A DNA stretch of 64,000 bases, taken from contig BDGG01000015.1 in NCBI GenBank assembly GCA_001949185.1, positions 935,036 through 999,035 of the forward strand, given 5' to 3'. Under the pieces are notes generated by a model. That model saw only the letters and a program-made list of their open reading frames with translations, did not search any database and had not been told where the DNA came from. Positions 49,847 to 60,298 of the stretch are shown piece by piece. Numbering within the stretch: the stretch's first letter is position 1; each line of letters starts with the position of its first letter. The DNA comes from Ramazzottius varieornatus. Its lineage: Eukaryota > Animalia > Tardigrada. The position numbers were made by a program, and so were the translations under genes.

Positions 49847-52800
49847 ATGGATCAGGTTCCGGATTACGAACATGTAAATACCTGCCTTTGTGACGGCATT
49901 AGATACGGCGTCGTGCTGGCGGAAGATAGGCTACAGCTCCGAGTTGGACCTGATTCCCCAGGTCAGCTTTGCCCAGGTTAGATAACTTGGATTATGGTTC
50001 CTGTCATTAACGTCGTTGACGAATCCATACTAACAGTCCGTCCCGATTTGCAGAAGGTCTGAACAAAGAGTACTTGTTCGCGGACATCTTGTCCGTTAAG
50101 ATCATTGTCTCCGAGGTGGAAGAGCCTTCGTCAGCGTCGTCGGTTCTGTCGCGCTTGGACTTTTTCCCATTCCGAAATGCATCGCCTTCTCCCAGACAAA
50201 ATACCACCAACCAGTCAAAGATTGTCCTCTGCATTGCTCGGCGCCGAGAGCCCTGCAAATGGCGTCCGCACAGTCTGATCCTTACCACGGAGAACCTCGC
50301 GTTTGGCCAACAGCTGTGTGACAGCCTTAAAGAAACGATTGCAGGTGCCGAAATTCCACTTCCGGTTGCCATATAGCCGTAACCCACCATAACCGTCTCA
50401 CATATCTTTGCATTTTTTCGAGGTTCATCGAACCGTCCCAAACGACTAATGTTCTTCGGTGAGACCATGCAAATCGTTCTATCTTTTGAGTTTCGATGTT
50501 TTTTGTCGCTTGAATAGAATATAGATTTTGGCTTGCTAATTTTATGACAATTCTTTCGGCAGTGAACCCAGTGAGTGGCGGAGGATGCGCCCTCAAGATC
50601 TTCGAGAAGCGTGTCATTCCCATACTGAGAATGGTGGATACACGGTTCTCCTACATTGTCACAACGCACGCTGGACACGCCAAGCAGTGGCTCCTCCAGG
50701 AACCGTGGAAAGCAGAAGGCTACGATGGGTAGTTATAAATATTCACGATTAATGAAATGTATGATACAATGTAGTCAGTCTAAGTGGCGGACGCTTCCAG
50801 CCAGTAGCAATGAGAATGTGCGCCGCTTTGGATATCGATTTTGCACGTTTCCCTTGCCGATTTTCTATCAGGTCGGTCGACATGAGTTTGCGTTTTGTGG
50901 AGGCGACTTTTGGTAACGTTTTTCCACCACGCCAAGAAACTTTTTCAGTTTGTGCGATGCCCAATAGTAACAACGAGCTCTCTACGAGTTTATTCAACTA
51001 CAACCAAAGCGACCTAGCCGAAGGAGAAAATAGGAAAAATGATGTGAGCATCAGCGCTCAGTTTTGACCAGGGTACGTTCGCAATTGTTTTACGACAAAA
51101 CCAGTTTCTACTTCCCCAGAAACGAGTCTGTGTGTCGTGCTGCTCAACTTTAACTACAAACCAAAGGCGATAGACTAGGCTGATTTTGAAAACAAAGTTT
51201 TGTGAAATTGCGAGGTGGTACGTAGAGCTTTTCTGTGTGTGCCAGTTCAACGGAGAGATAACTTCTTGGCTGTTCTTCCTCAGCTGGTCAACGAGAACGA
51301 GTGATGGTGCATTTTTATGACACATCGAGTATTTTTCTTTCAGGGTTCAAGGGTTCATAATTTTGCTTTCTCTAGGAGTGCAGAACAGATTGTTTTGTAC
51401 CATTAATTTGTGGTTTTTGTCAGGATAAATTTCTACCTGGCTACATTCTTAGCCAAAGTGTCTCGAAGTAAACCGAAACGGCTGTTTGACCGCACTGCCT
51501 TTTGGGCTGTTATCCCCTGTTATTTGCATAGTTTTTACACGTTAAGTTGAGCCACAAAAAGTTTTCTTGTAAAGTGGAGCAGAATTTTCAGAAAGCGGTA
51601 GTACCGAAAACTGTTTTTGGAAATTAACTGAGAGCGCGATCGAACTTTCAGGCATTCGTCAGAAGACTGTGGTTTGTTCTATGTTACAAACAAGAAACCA
51701 CATCAAAATTCCGACCCAGTTCAACGATATGATTTTTGAAATTTACACTTCAGAAAAGCGCAGAGTCATATCGACCGACCTGATGAGTGTGGTTCCCTCC
51801 GCGTAATCACATTAGGTCTTTCCTCCACAGACTTATCGCCGTCGGTGGCGATGGTATATTCAACGAGTGTCTGGAAGGTTTCATCCGGTCGGAACAGGAC
51901 GAAGACGTTACCGTGACGTCGGATCTGACTCCCTCCGCGACGGCCACTTTAGGGATTATTCCCGCAGGTTCGCACTTAATTGCTGTGATTCGCTGATGAT
52001 GATCGCGTTTTTCCTTTTGACTAACTAGCCTGAAATGAAACGTGCAGGTTCGACTGACTCCATCGGCTACTGCATTGGACTGGGAGACGCCTGCTCTGCC
52101 CTCATCCATGTTCTACTAGGTTGGTCCCGTACTGACGAACGTGCTCTAATGGCTGTACCGGAAGTGCAGGTAAATTGGTCATGTTGTTGATGCTATTTTG
52201 TTTATTGGCTGCAGGGCGTTCGATGAAGTTGGACGTGGGTGCAGTCTTCCAAGAAGCTTCAGGCTGCCTGCTGCGCTTCTTTTGCGCCTTCCTGGGTTAC
52301 GGATTCTTCAGGTAAATATGAAATTTCTTACACGGTGGTCTATTAACCGAGTTATTTTCTTGAGTTCTTCGTACAATGGAGAGGTCGGCAAACAAACTTG
52401 ACCAGGTTGTTTGTGCAAGTGGCGCACGATCTCGGTGTTATTGATTGAAAGCGTGCGCCACTTGGGGAAAAACGATCTTGTCCACTTTGAGTGTTTTCCC
52501 CAAGTGGCGTACGTGTCGAGTGTTACTGGCTGGAAGCGTGCGCCACCTTGGAAAATGATCCAATCGATTTTTCTTCCCTTTTTCTCACAGTGATACGCTG
52601 AAGACCAGTGAGAAACGCTGGCTGCGGCGTTACTTCGGCAAGACTCGCTACACGCTCGCGGGCGCCCAGACATTCTTCCGTAACAAGTCGTACGACGGCC
52701 ACGTTACGTACAAAACGGGCGACGCGAATCCCTGCAACTCCAGTAGCGACCTGGACCCAGAATACCCCGACGTCGGAGTCTTCTGTGCGAAAGACTGTAC

Positions 52801-53449
52801 CGTCTGTAGCGTGACTGACATAACGAGCCCCGAAGTACCACAGAGCCCTAACTCGCCAAGCAGCCCAGACGTGTTTGAGAGTACAGAAAGCCCCATGTTA
52901 AGTTCGATCGAGGCAGACACAGTCGAGTTGGTCGGTACTTCCGACACGGAAGTCACAACATCGTCCGAAGACTGGAATAACATCTCCGACAAGTTTAGTA
53001 ATGTCATAGCTGTCAGTCTGTGTTGTGGGTCGGCCAAGTCGCCCAGAGGTCTGGCGCCCGCTTCGCACTGTGGCGATGGTCGGTTGGATGTCTTGTTGGT
53101 TCGTGCCATCGGTCGGGTCAAACTGTTGAATTACTTGGTGTCGATTTCACGAGGCATCGGACCAAAGCGGGTCTTGGGCAAGAACCTACGAGCTTATAGG
53201 GTGTCGGAACTGATCTTCCGCACCACAAAGAAGCCGAAGGAGAACGAAGGTGGTGGCAGGGAAGCAAGTATGGCTGTTGCGTCGACTGTGTGGAACTGCG
53301 ATGGAGAAATCATCACCGAAGCCGACATCCATGTCAAGTAAGGCTGCTTTCCATCGCTCGCTTGACTGCTCATTTCTCACGTGTGTTTTGTTTCTTGCAG
53401 AGTATATCGCCAGTTAATCACAATTTTTGGCAGCGGAAGAGAATTCTGA
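49847..53449 (+). CDS. CERK: Ceramide kinase
   Basis: VNPVSGGGCA, VGGDGIFNE, GIIPAGSTDSI, LGYGFF, CAKDCTVC (CxxxCxxC), SPRGLAPASHCGDGRLD, WNCDGE; start codon tentative. Confidence 0.9.
50781..50829. repeat. Family A element in CERK intron
   Basis: TAAGTGGCGGAC-GCTTCCAGCCAGTAGCAATGAGAAT-GTGCGCCGCTTT. Confidence 0.8.
50869..51782. mobile_element. Non-autonomous TIR DNA element, ~914 bp, in CERK intron
   Basis: CAGGTCGGTCGACATGAGTTTGCGTTTTG at the left end vs the reverse complement CAGGTCGGTCGATATGACTCTGCGCTTTTC at the right; AT on both sides; no coding capacity. Confidence 0.75.
52416..52549. repeat. Family A tandem pair in CERK intron
   Basis: 52416-52464 and 52501-52549, both N25; period 85. 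Confidence 0.9.
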
Positions 53450-54067
53450 TAGAATACGCAAAATTTCTTCGTCAAGGTTTTTACTCTCCTTTCTTGGAAA
53501 GAGAATTTCTCTTTTCATCATTCCCACATCTCTGCGTGACCACACGAAAAGCTTCTTCCGCTTTCCGCTTTCTCCTGCGTTTCCAGTTTTATCACCTACT
53601 GTTTTCAACCAACTTTTATCTCTGCGGCCTTTTGCCCCTTTCGAAATTTACTTCCTGTGCGAATCTCGGTGTTATCATGACTATGCCTCAATGTCCCTTC
53701 TCAATGTTTTATCCCAAGCTTTCCGAAGGTTGTTTCGTCCGTCTCTGGTACTCCGTGTTCGTGCTTTATGCGAAAAAAAATTCAGTATAACAGGAATTGT
53801 GTACGAGTACAATGAATAATCTAAGATTAAAATAGAAACGCAACAGGCTAGATAACACTGGAATTCACAGAATTTCGATGCGAGATGAAGAGTACTGACT
53901 GCTGCAAATGTCCCCGAGGTATGATCGATGAAGAACAAAAAGTATACAGTTATAGTTTGACTTGATCACGACACGGGTGAACATGCTTGCTTTGTGCAGT
54001 TATGATAATCGGAAAACGCTATTTTCTAACGCAGCGAGTGCCACGATGGTACAGAGCAATTGTCCAT

Positions 54068-55403
54068 TTAGTTCTTTCGCTTTCGTTCGCTGGTGTTGCG
54101 GTTGTTCTCCTTGCTGGCCAGCAGCACCAGGATGTGCTTGAACATGCTGACGGCGTCGATGAACAGATCCAACTAGAAAGAAATCCCCACCTAAGAGTCA
54201 GCAGGAGATGTGAGAAGAGCTGGAGACTAGTGAGAAGCTTACCGCGTGCTTGATGTGATCGGTGTCGCCGTGTCGGCGCTTCAGCACGATCATCTGTGTG
54301 TCGTACAGGACAAATCCGCAAACGGCGACCAAGCCAATGTAAATGCTGATCTGCAACAACCAATAATTGATTAATCCCCAATAGTCATTCATTATCCTCC
54401 ATAGTGTCATCCTACAAAACCCAGGGTAGAGATAGACAGGCTTACATCAAAGGCCATTTGCGATCCAGTGAAGATCTGGTACAGACGAACGACGGCGTTG
54501 ACCATCAACAAGGACGATAATGTGCCTACAAGTAAACCCACCGCAATTAACCGAAGTGTTGCAAATTGGGAGGTCAGCAAATGAATTCGCTACAAATCGA
54601 CACGTCAAGTGGCGCACGTTATCGGTATTATTGGCTGGTAGAGTGCACCACGTGCAAAAGGGATCCTGCCGAGTTCTCAAGTGGCGCTTCTCCCATTGTT
54701 ATTGGCTGGAAGCTTGCGCCACTTGGAAAAACGATCTGGGTCAAATCATTCGCGAAAGTTACTGTTACTGAACAACGAAGTACGAACTCACCTCCGAGAT
54801 AGATGAACTGACGCTGGTTTCCGCTCAACAAGGAAGCCAGGGTGAAGCAGGTGAAGATAGTGGCTGTTATCATGGCTGCCGTGAAGATCAAGGCGGGATT
54901 GATACGCGCCACCACCTCCAGCAAAGGTCCCATCATCATTCCTACAACACAAAAACACGCGAGTCGACCTATGATCTATATGAACGGGCATGGTTATCTG
55001 CGCACCCACCCATTAGAGCAGCGACGCCCATGAAAACGGCCATGCGTTTGTCTTGATTCTGAGGAGTGACGGGCATGGAGACGAGGTAAATTGTCATGCC
55101 GATCATGCCGATCATGGAGAGGAGACCGCAGAAGGCTTCAGGGATAATGCCTTGCATGACCATGAAGGAGGTGGTTGAGCAGACCATCAAGGCCATGGCC
55201 AGCGCTCCATAGACGCGCGTCAAGTGCTCTTGGACAGGTTTCTCCAGTCTACAGTCAATCAACAATCAAACGACCATAGAACAAGAGCCACGTCAGTCAA
55301 TATTCGGGGATTCCAGAGCGCCTTACGCTGAGAAATCCAAGAGTCCTTTCAGGTTGAATCCAGCGCTGTTCTCGCTCCTGACATCTCGTCGGAGAAAGTC
55401 CAT
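54068..55403 (-). CDS. TMBIM6: Bax inhibitor 1
   Basis: LEKPVQEHLTRVYGAL, GPLLEVVARINPALIFTA, FTCFTLASL, YIGLVAVCGFVLYDTQMIV...GDTDHIKHALDLFID, basic tail. Confidence 0.93.
54606..54725. repeat. Family A tandem pair in TMBIM6 intron
   Basis: 54606-54654 (N25) and 54678-54725 (N24), followed by GAAAAACGATC; period 72. Confidence 0.85.
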
Positions 55404-56402
55404 GGTTTACCAGTTGGTTAGTCGACGGAGGACGTCAAAATCTACAATGAGAAAAGCGTGACAAACGAAATTGATTCTTTTTCTCGAACAATCGATGGAA
55501 GATGGACTAGCCTCCGAAGAATAAACTTTGCTGCCAAGTTACCTCTCCTTGTCAGGGTGAAATAGCACACGGATGTCCAAAGGTCAGAACGATGAAACTC
55601 TGGAAGATACAAGAGGAGCAGAGAAATTCAGTGAATTTATTGCACGGCAATGGAGAAGTGAATGAAGAAGACGATACGCTATCAGATCGCGATATGAACG
55701 GAAAACCTGATGCAAACACCAAGCCGTCCCGCAGGCCATGTGGTTTACGAGAGCGAAGGATAGCGGACTAAGTTAGCTGAGCGGTCAGCAGTGACGGTAC
55801 GGATCGATCGCAACCAACAGCCATCAGAAGGCGTGGCCTGCTACATTACATGATCCACACATAATGTCTTATGACATGACAGTGCGGTTTCGAAAAGGAA
55901 CGAACTTTCGAAATGAGGAACCTCTGGACCTTCTGCGAGCTTGACTGGTCGGCTGGTCTGAGTTCACCGAAAAACTCCCGACCAGATATCGTAATGGCAA
56001 GCAGCAAGTGGACTGCAGAGTTTTGTTTCCCAATTGAAGCAATATTCCCAGTTCAGAATCGCTGTAAGTTGCATAGAGACTATATATGAGGCCGGAAGTC
56101 CTTGGAGCCATCTTCCGCTACACAAGCATGCAGTTTAACTCTTCTGCATGTTTGCAGTAAACAGCATCAGTCTATGTTCCAATATTTGGCCAGAGGAGCA
56201 AACGTTCTACTTTGACGCAAATTATTACATTTGATTGACTTCATGGAATGGTGAGTCTTTGGCCAGTTTATTCCACACTTTCTCAAGCCGGACATTGGTT
56301 TCTAGCCTCCAAAGTTATTACAGGTATGGTTTGTTTTCGAAAGATCCGTTAATAAGAGTGATATAATGGATGAGACAGTGTCGGTCTTGTGTAGGTATCG
56401 CA

Positions 56403-56771
56403 ATGCTTGATTACTTCCTCATTGGGATGATCTCGGCCGTGTCGGCCTTTGTGGGCAGCGTCTTATCCAAGGATCCGCACGTGAGCGAGTTCCTGTCAGA
56501 CATGAGCTTCCTTGTCATGTACGCCATGCTGGCCGTTTGTTGCAGCCAAATGATATGTAATTCCTTAAAGTTTAGCGCCAAGAACCCTGGCTCCGTCATG
56601 GTGATGGCGGCTACTGTTCTCGTCGGCGTTCTAGCCATGGCCACCTGCCACAACAATAAGCTGGTCATGTCCCTCGCCAACAGCTTTGTACCCCTCAAAG
56701 ATACCATTACCAATTATGCCAGCAGTTTTTGGAGAAACCAGCAGACCGTTGTAAAAGGGGTAAAAGTTTGA
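56403..56771 (+). CDS. Orphan small multi-pass membrane protein (~122 aa)
   Basis: ORF after a TGTAG acceptor with three hydrophobic segments; no family recognised. Confidence 0.5.
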   Translation: MLDYFLIGMISAVSAFVGSVLSKDPHVSEFLSDMSFLVMYAMLAVCCSQMICNSLKFSAKNPGSVMVMAATVLVGVLAMATCHNNKLVMSLANSFVPLKDTITNYASSFWRNQQTVVKGVKV

Positions 56772-57148
56772 AGCATCCTCCCGCTTTATTTTCTGGACGT
56801 CTCGTTGTCTTCTGCTTCCAGTCTTTTGGATACGTTATAATCTTTGACTTCCACGGTTACCTCTATAGATGCTTGACTATATGAGCGGGTACGTAATGGC
56901 AAAGCTCTTCTGGTTGAAAAACCAAGGACAATAAAGCAGTGGTTTGTGTTGGTCTCATCGAATTGCTCCAACACAAAATCATGAGAGATTAAGCAGAACG
57001 TAGGATAGTTTAAAAAGCCGGCCATTAGAATAATACCTTCCGTTTTGCGGTAAACGATCAAATTTGATCCGAATTTCAACCGCACTCGATAGGCATCACA
57101 GAAAAAGGAGAATGCCAAAAATAAGGAAAAATTGGAAAGATCAGACTT

Positions 57149-59295
57149 TTACATATTGACGGCAGTGGAATCTTCTGGTATGGTGGCCAAAGGCGTATCT
57201 TCCGTAGGTACCGGTAAGATACTGTTGAGCGAGGTGGCTGGCGGTATCTGCCCAAGGGCGTGGAGCGCTTGAAACTCGGCCAAATGGTTAGCGGCCATGC
57301 TACTTCTCCTCCTCTGTTGTTGCTGATTAGCCGCAGCCAGGCTACTTCTCCTTCTTTCCTGCCTTATTTCCAGCGTACCATCCATGGCGATGACCGGCTG
57401 ACTATCCGGCGTCGGCGGAATCCACGGCGTCACACTGCTCTTTCTTCTGGCCATACCCTCGCCCGGAAGTGGCCGTACTGCACCTTCCAGCAGCTCGGCC
57501 GTCTCCGGCGCGATTCGGTTCTTCGAGAAGGTCTTGCCGGTCCTGTTGTCCCAGTTCTGCAGTTGGCCCGATGCGAAGAAGGCATAAAAGATGGCGGCCA
57601 TAAAGTAGAGTGCGGCGGCGATGATGAAGACTTTGTACCAGGCTGAAATACGGTGGGCCTCGTCGCCGACGGTCAAAACTCCGGCCACGGTCGGACCGAT
57701 GATGCCGGTGATGGTTGATATGGTGTTGCAGATGGCGTAGAGAAGACCGGCATGACTGGGCGAGATGTCGTTAAAGTTGACGCGGAAACCCAGGGTTGAG
57801 ATACCGGTCATACCGATGGCCATAGCTAAGAGGGCTATGATACCGGCTGGGTCACATCCAACGACTGGGATGAGAAGGAGGAAAATGCCGGGTATGACCA
57901 GGCCGAGGACGGTGGCGGTCTTGCGAAAGTTCGTGACGGTCATCTTCTGGTGGGTGATGATGTAGTCGCCGACGGGACTGAGGAAGACGATGACGAACCA
58001 CATGACGATGTAGGGGATGGAGGACATGATGGCGTTGTTGGTCAGGCTAAAGTGCAGGACGTCGCGCAGGTACAGTGGAACGTCGGACAGGAGGGTGTAG
58101 AAGCCCCAGTCGGAACACCAGCAGACGACAATCAGCGACCAGAATGGCATGGAACGGACCACAGCTCTCCAAGGAACCTACAAGACCAAGCCTACCGCAC
58201 CTACGTGGTTTTTCGCTCTTACGACCATATAACCTAGATCAATGTAAGGAAACGTTGTCACGACTTGCAGTAAAGCATATATAGTTGTCTACTGTGGTGC
58301 CGAAAAAACGGAAATACCCAAAAAAATGCATGAAAAGTCATGTAAACTGGTGGCAACTTGAAGACTGGCTTACCTTGGAAGCTTGGTTTCCCATGGCGGG
58401 AGCGCCGATAGAGGAGATGATGTAGCTTCGTTCCATGGCTGTGATATGCGGATGGTGCTCCGGAGAATCAAAGACAAAGAGCATCCAGGGAATGACGAAA
58501 GCCAGGCCGATGGCCCCGAAAAGGTAGAACATGTACTCCCATCCGTAACCACTGCCAATGTAGCCACAAATAATATTGCCCAGGACGGTTCCCGCTTGTG
58601 TACCGGCAGCCGCCACCGACAACATCAACGTCCGTTCTTGTGGAGGAGCCCAACGACCAAAGATGGCGGGTAATAACGGAAAACAAATTCCCTACAAACA
58701 CTGTGGTCAACTTCAACGACATAAAGGAGAAAAAATGGGCGTGACTGCCTGACAAGGCCAAATATACCTGCGATAAGCCGGCAAGCGCTCGGATGCCAGA
58801 AAGAGCCGCTGGACCATCCCATGAGCGAGCCGCTACCGGCGCCAGTAATGTAAATACTCCCGTCGCACCGATACCAATGGCAAACAATACTTTAGCTCCG
58901 ATAAAGCCGGCCAAGTAACCGGAAGGTATTTGCGTGACCAGGTATCCATAATAGAAAGAACTGAGGATCTGACCTTCGGTCGTTGAGTCCCATTCAAACT
59001 CTCCTTGCTGAAAAAGAGAAAGCCTAGGTTTAGGCCTACTCCACACCACAGAAAATATAGGTTTGCTGACCGTATATGTAGGATCTGACGTTTTGGTTGC
59101 AGGAGGAGGACACATATCTTTGTCTTCTTGCACGCTGTCAGAGTCAGTTGGCGGTACATGGGCGACCATCTGAACAAGCGCAAGACTAAAGGTTCCTCTC
59201 ATGGAATAACAGATCAAATTGGCAAAAAAGGCCATGATGGTTATGACGAAGCGCTGATGAAGAGCCGGGTTGAAGGTGTTGGCCCATTTCCCCAT
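57149..59295 (-). CDS. SLC17 family anion transporter (sialin/VGLUT-like, MFS); N-terminus may extend upstream
   Basis: CYSMRGTFSLALVQM, FEWDSTTEGQILSSFYYGYLVTQIPSG, WAPPQER, GWEYMFYLFG, PEHHPHITAMER, VPWRAVVRSMPFW, DISPSHAG, WYKVFIIAA, SGQLQNW. Confidence 0.92.
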
Positions 59296-60298
59296 TTCAT
59301 CAAATGCACCTTAGTGAAAGCAACAATAAATCATCCCGCTTCCAGAGGATAAACGGTCATTTTCTGAAATGAATTTCCTATAAACAGTCGCGGAAAGATT
59401 CTTGACCCGCAAACGACAAGGCTCGACAAGCAATCACCCTTGACAAGTTTTAAAAGCTCCTAAAAGTCTTATCATCCAATGCTAGGAATACAGTACAAGA
59501 CAACAAGGAAGTGATGCAGTCTATGTCACACTGGACGAGAGCGAGTCTGATGGACAGTGGTCCTCCATTGCCCACATCCAACTTAGCAACAGGTCCTGGC
59601 CATTACCTTCAAAGAAGGGAAACTCTGACAAGAGCCGTGCACACTCCAGTGTTGACACAGAGGAAGTGCGTGGAAAGGATCCGCATCCTTGACAAGTTTG
59701 TTCGACACCTGGGCAAAGTCTGTCTGACCTCAGATCCTAGCGAGTAATTCAAAAATGATCCTAGGCAGCACGTCACAGTCTGCTATAGAAGAGACATTTT
59801 AATGCGTAAAAGTTAGTACAAGGTAGAAAGATTCAGACAAAGTAAACCACAGGAAAAGGAAAAGAGAATCCGACAACGAAGATTGACAAGTGGAGAAAAT
59901 CAACGGAGAGCTGAGCCACACAACAGGAACATTCGCCACCAGAAGTCAAATCTCCAGACGACTACTCTAAAAGACGCTCTTCTGCCATAGCAGTCGCACA
60001 CAACAGACAGGGCCAGTATAATAATTTAAAGACTTGGATACAGCATTCAAGAAAACACACTTCACCACACGTGACAGAAACACAAGAAAAAAAGAGGCTA
60101 TTGGTTCTGGATGAAGTGAAGGTACTGGTCATAAATATTGGGGAAACTGGAAAACAGGGCTGCCCCCAACGTTGGGGGAACAACCGAAGTAACATAAGGA
60201 AATAACAATTGGTCGAACAAGAATGAATACCGATAAAAAAAGTCTGCACAACAGCAGCGCCAAGTTAAAGTTTTCCCCTCAGAGAACACTTCCTCTCT

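Noticed and set aside
8440-56099. CCGGAAGT (ETS-like) and TGACGTCA (CRE-like) words near several gene starts
   Set aside because: They also occur in exons and introns; enrichment cannot be shown without statistics
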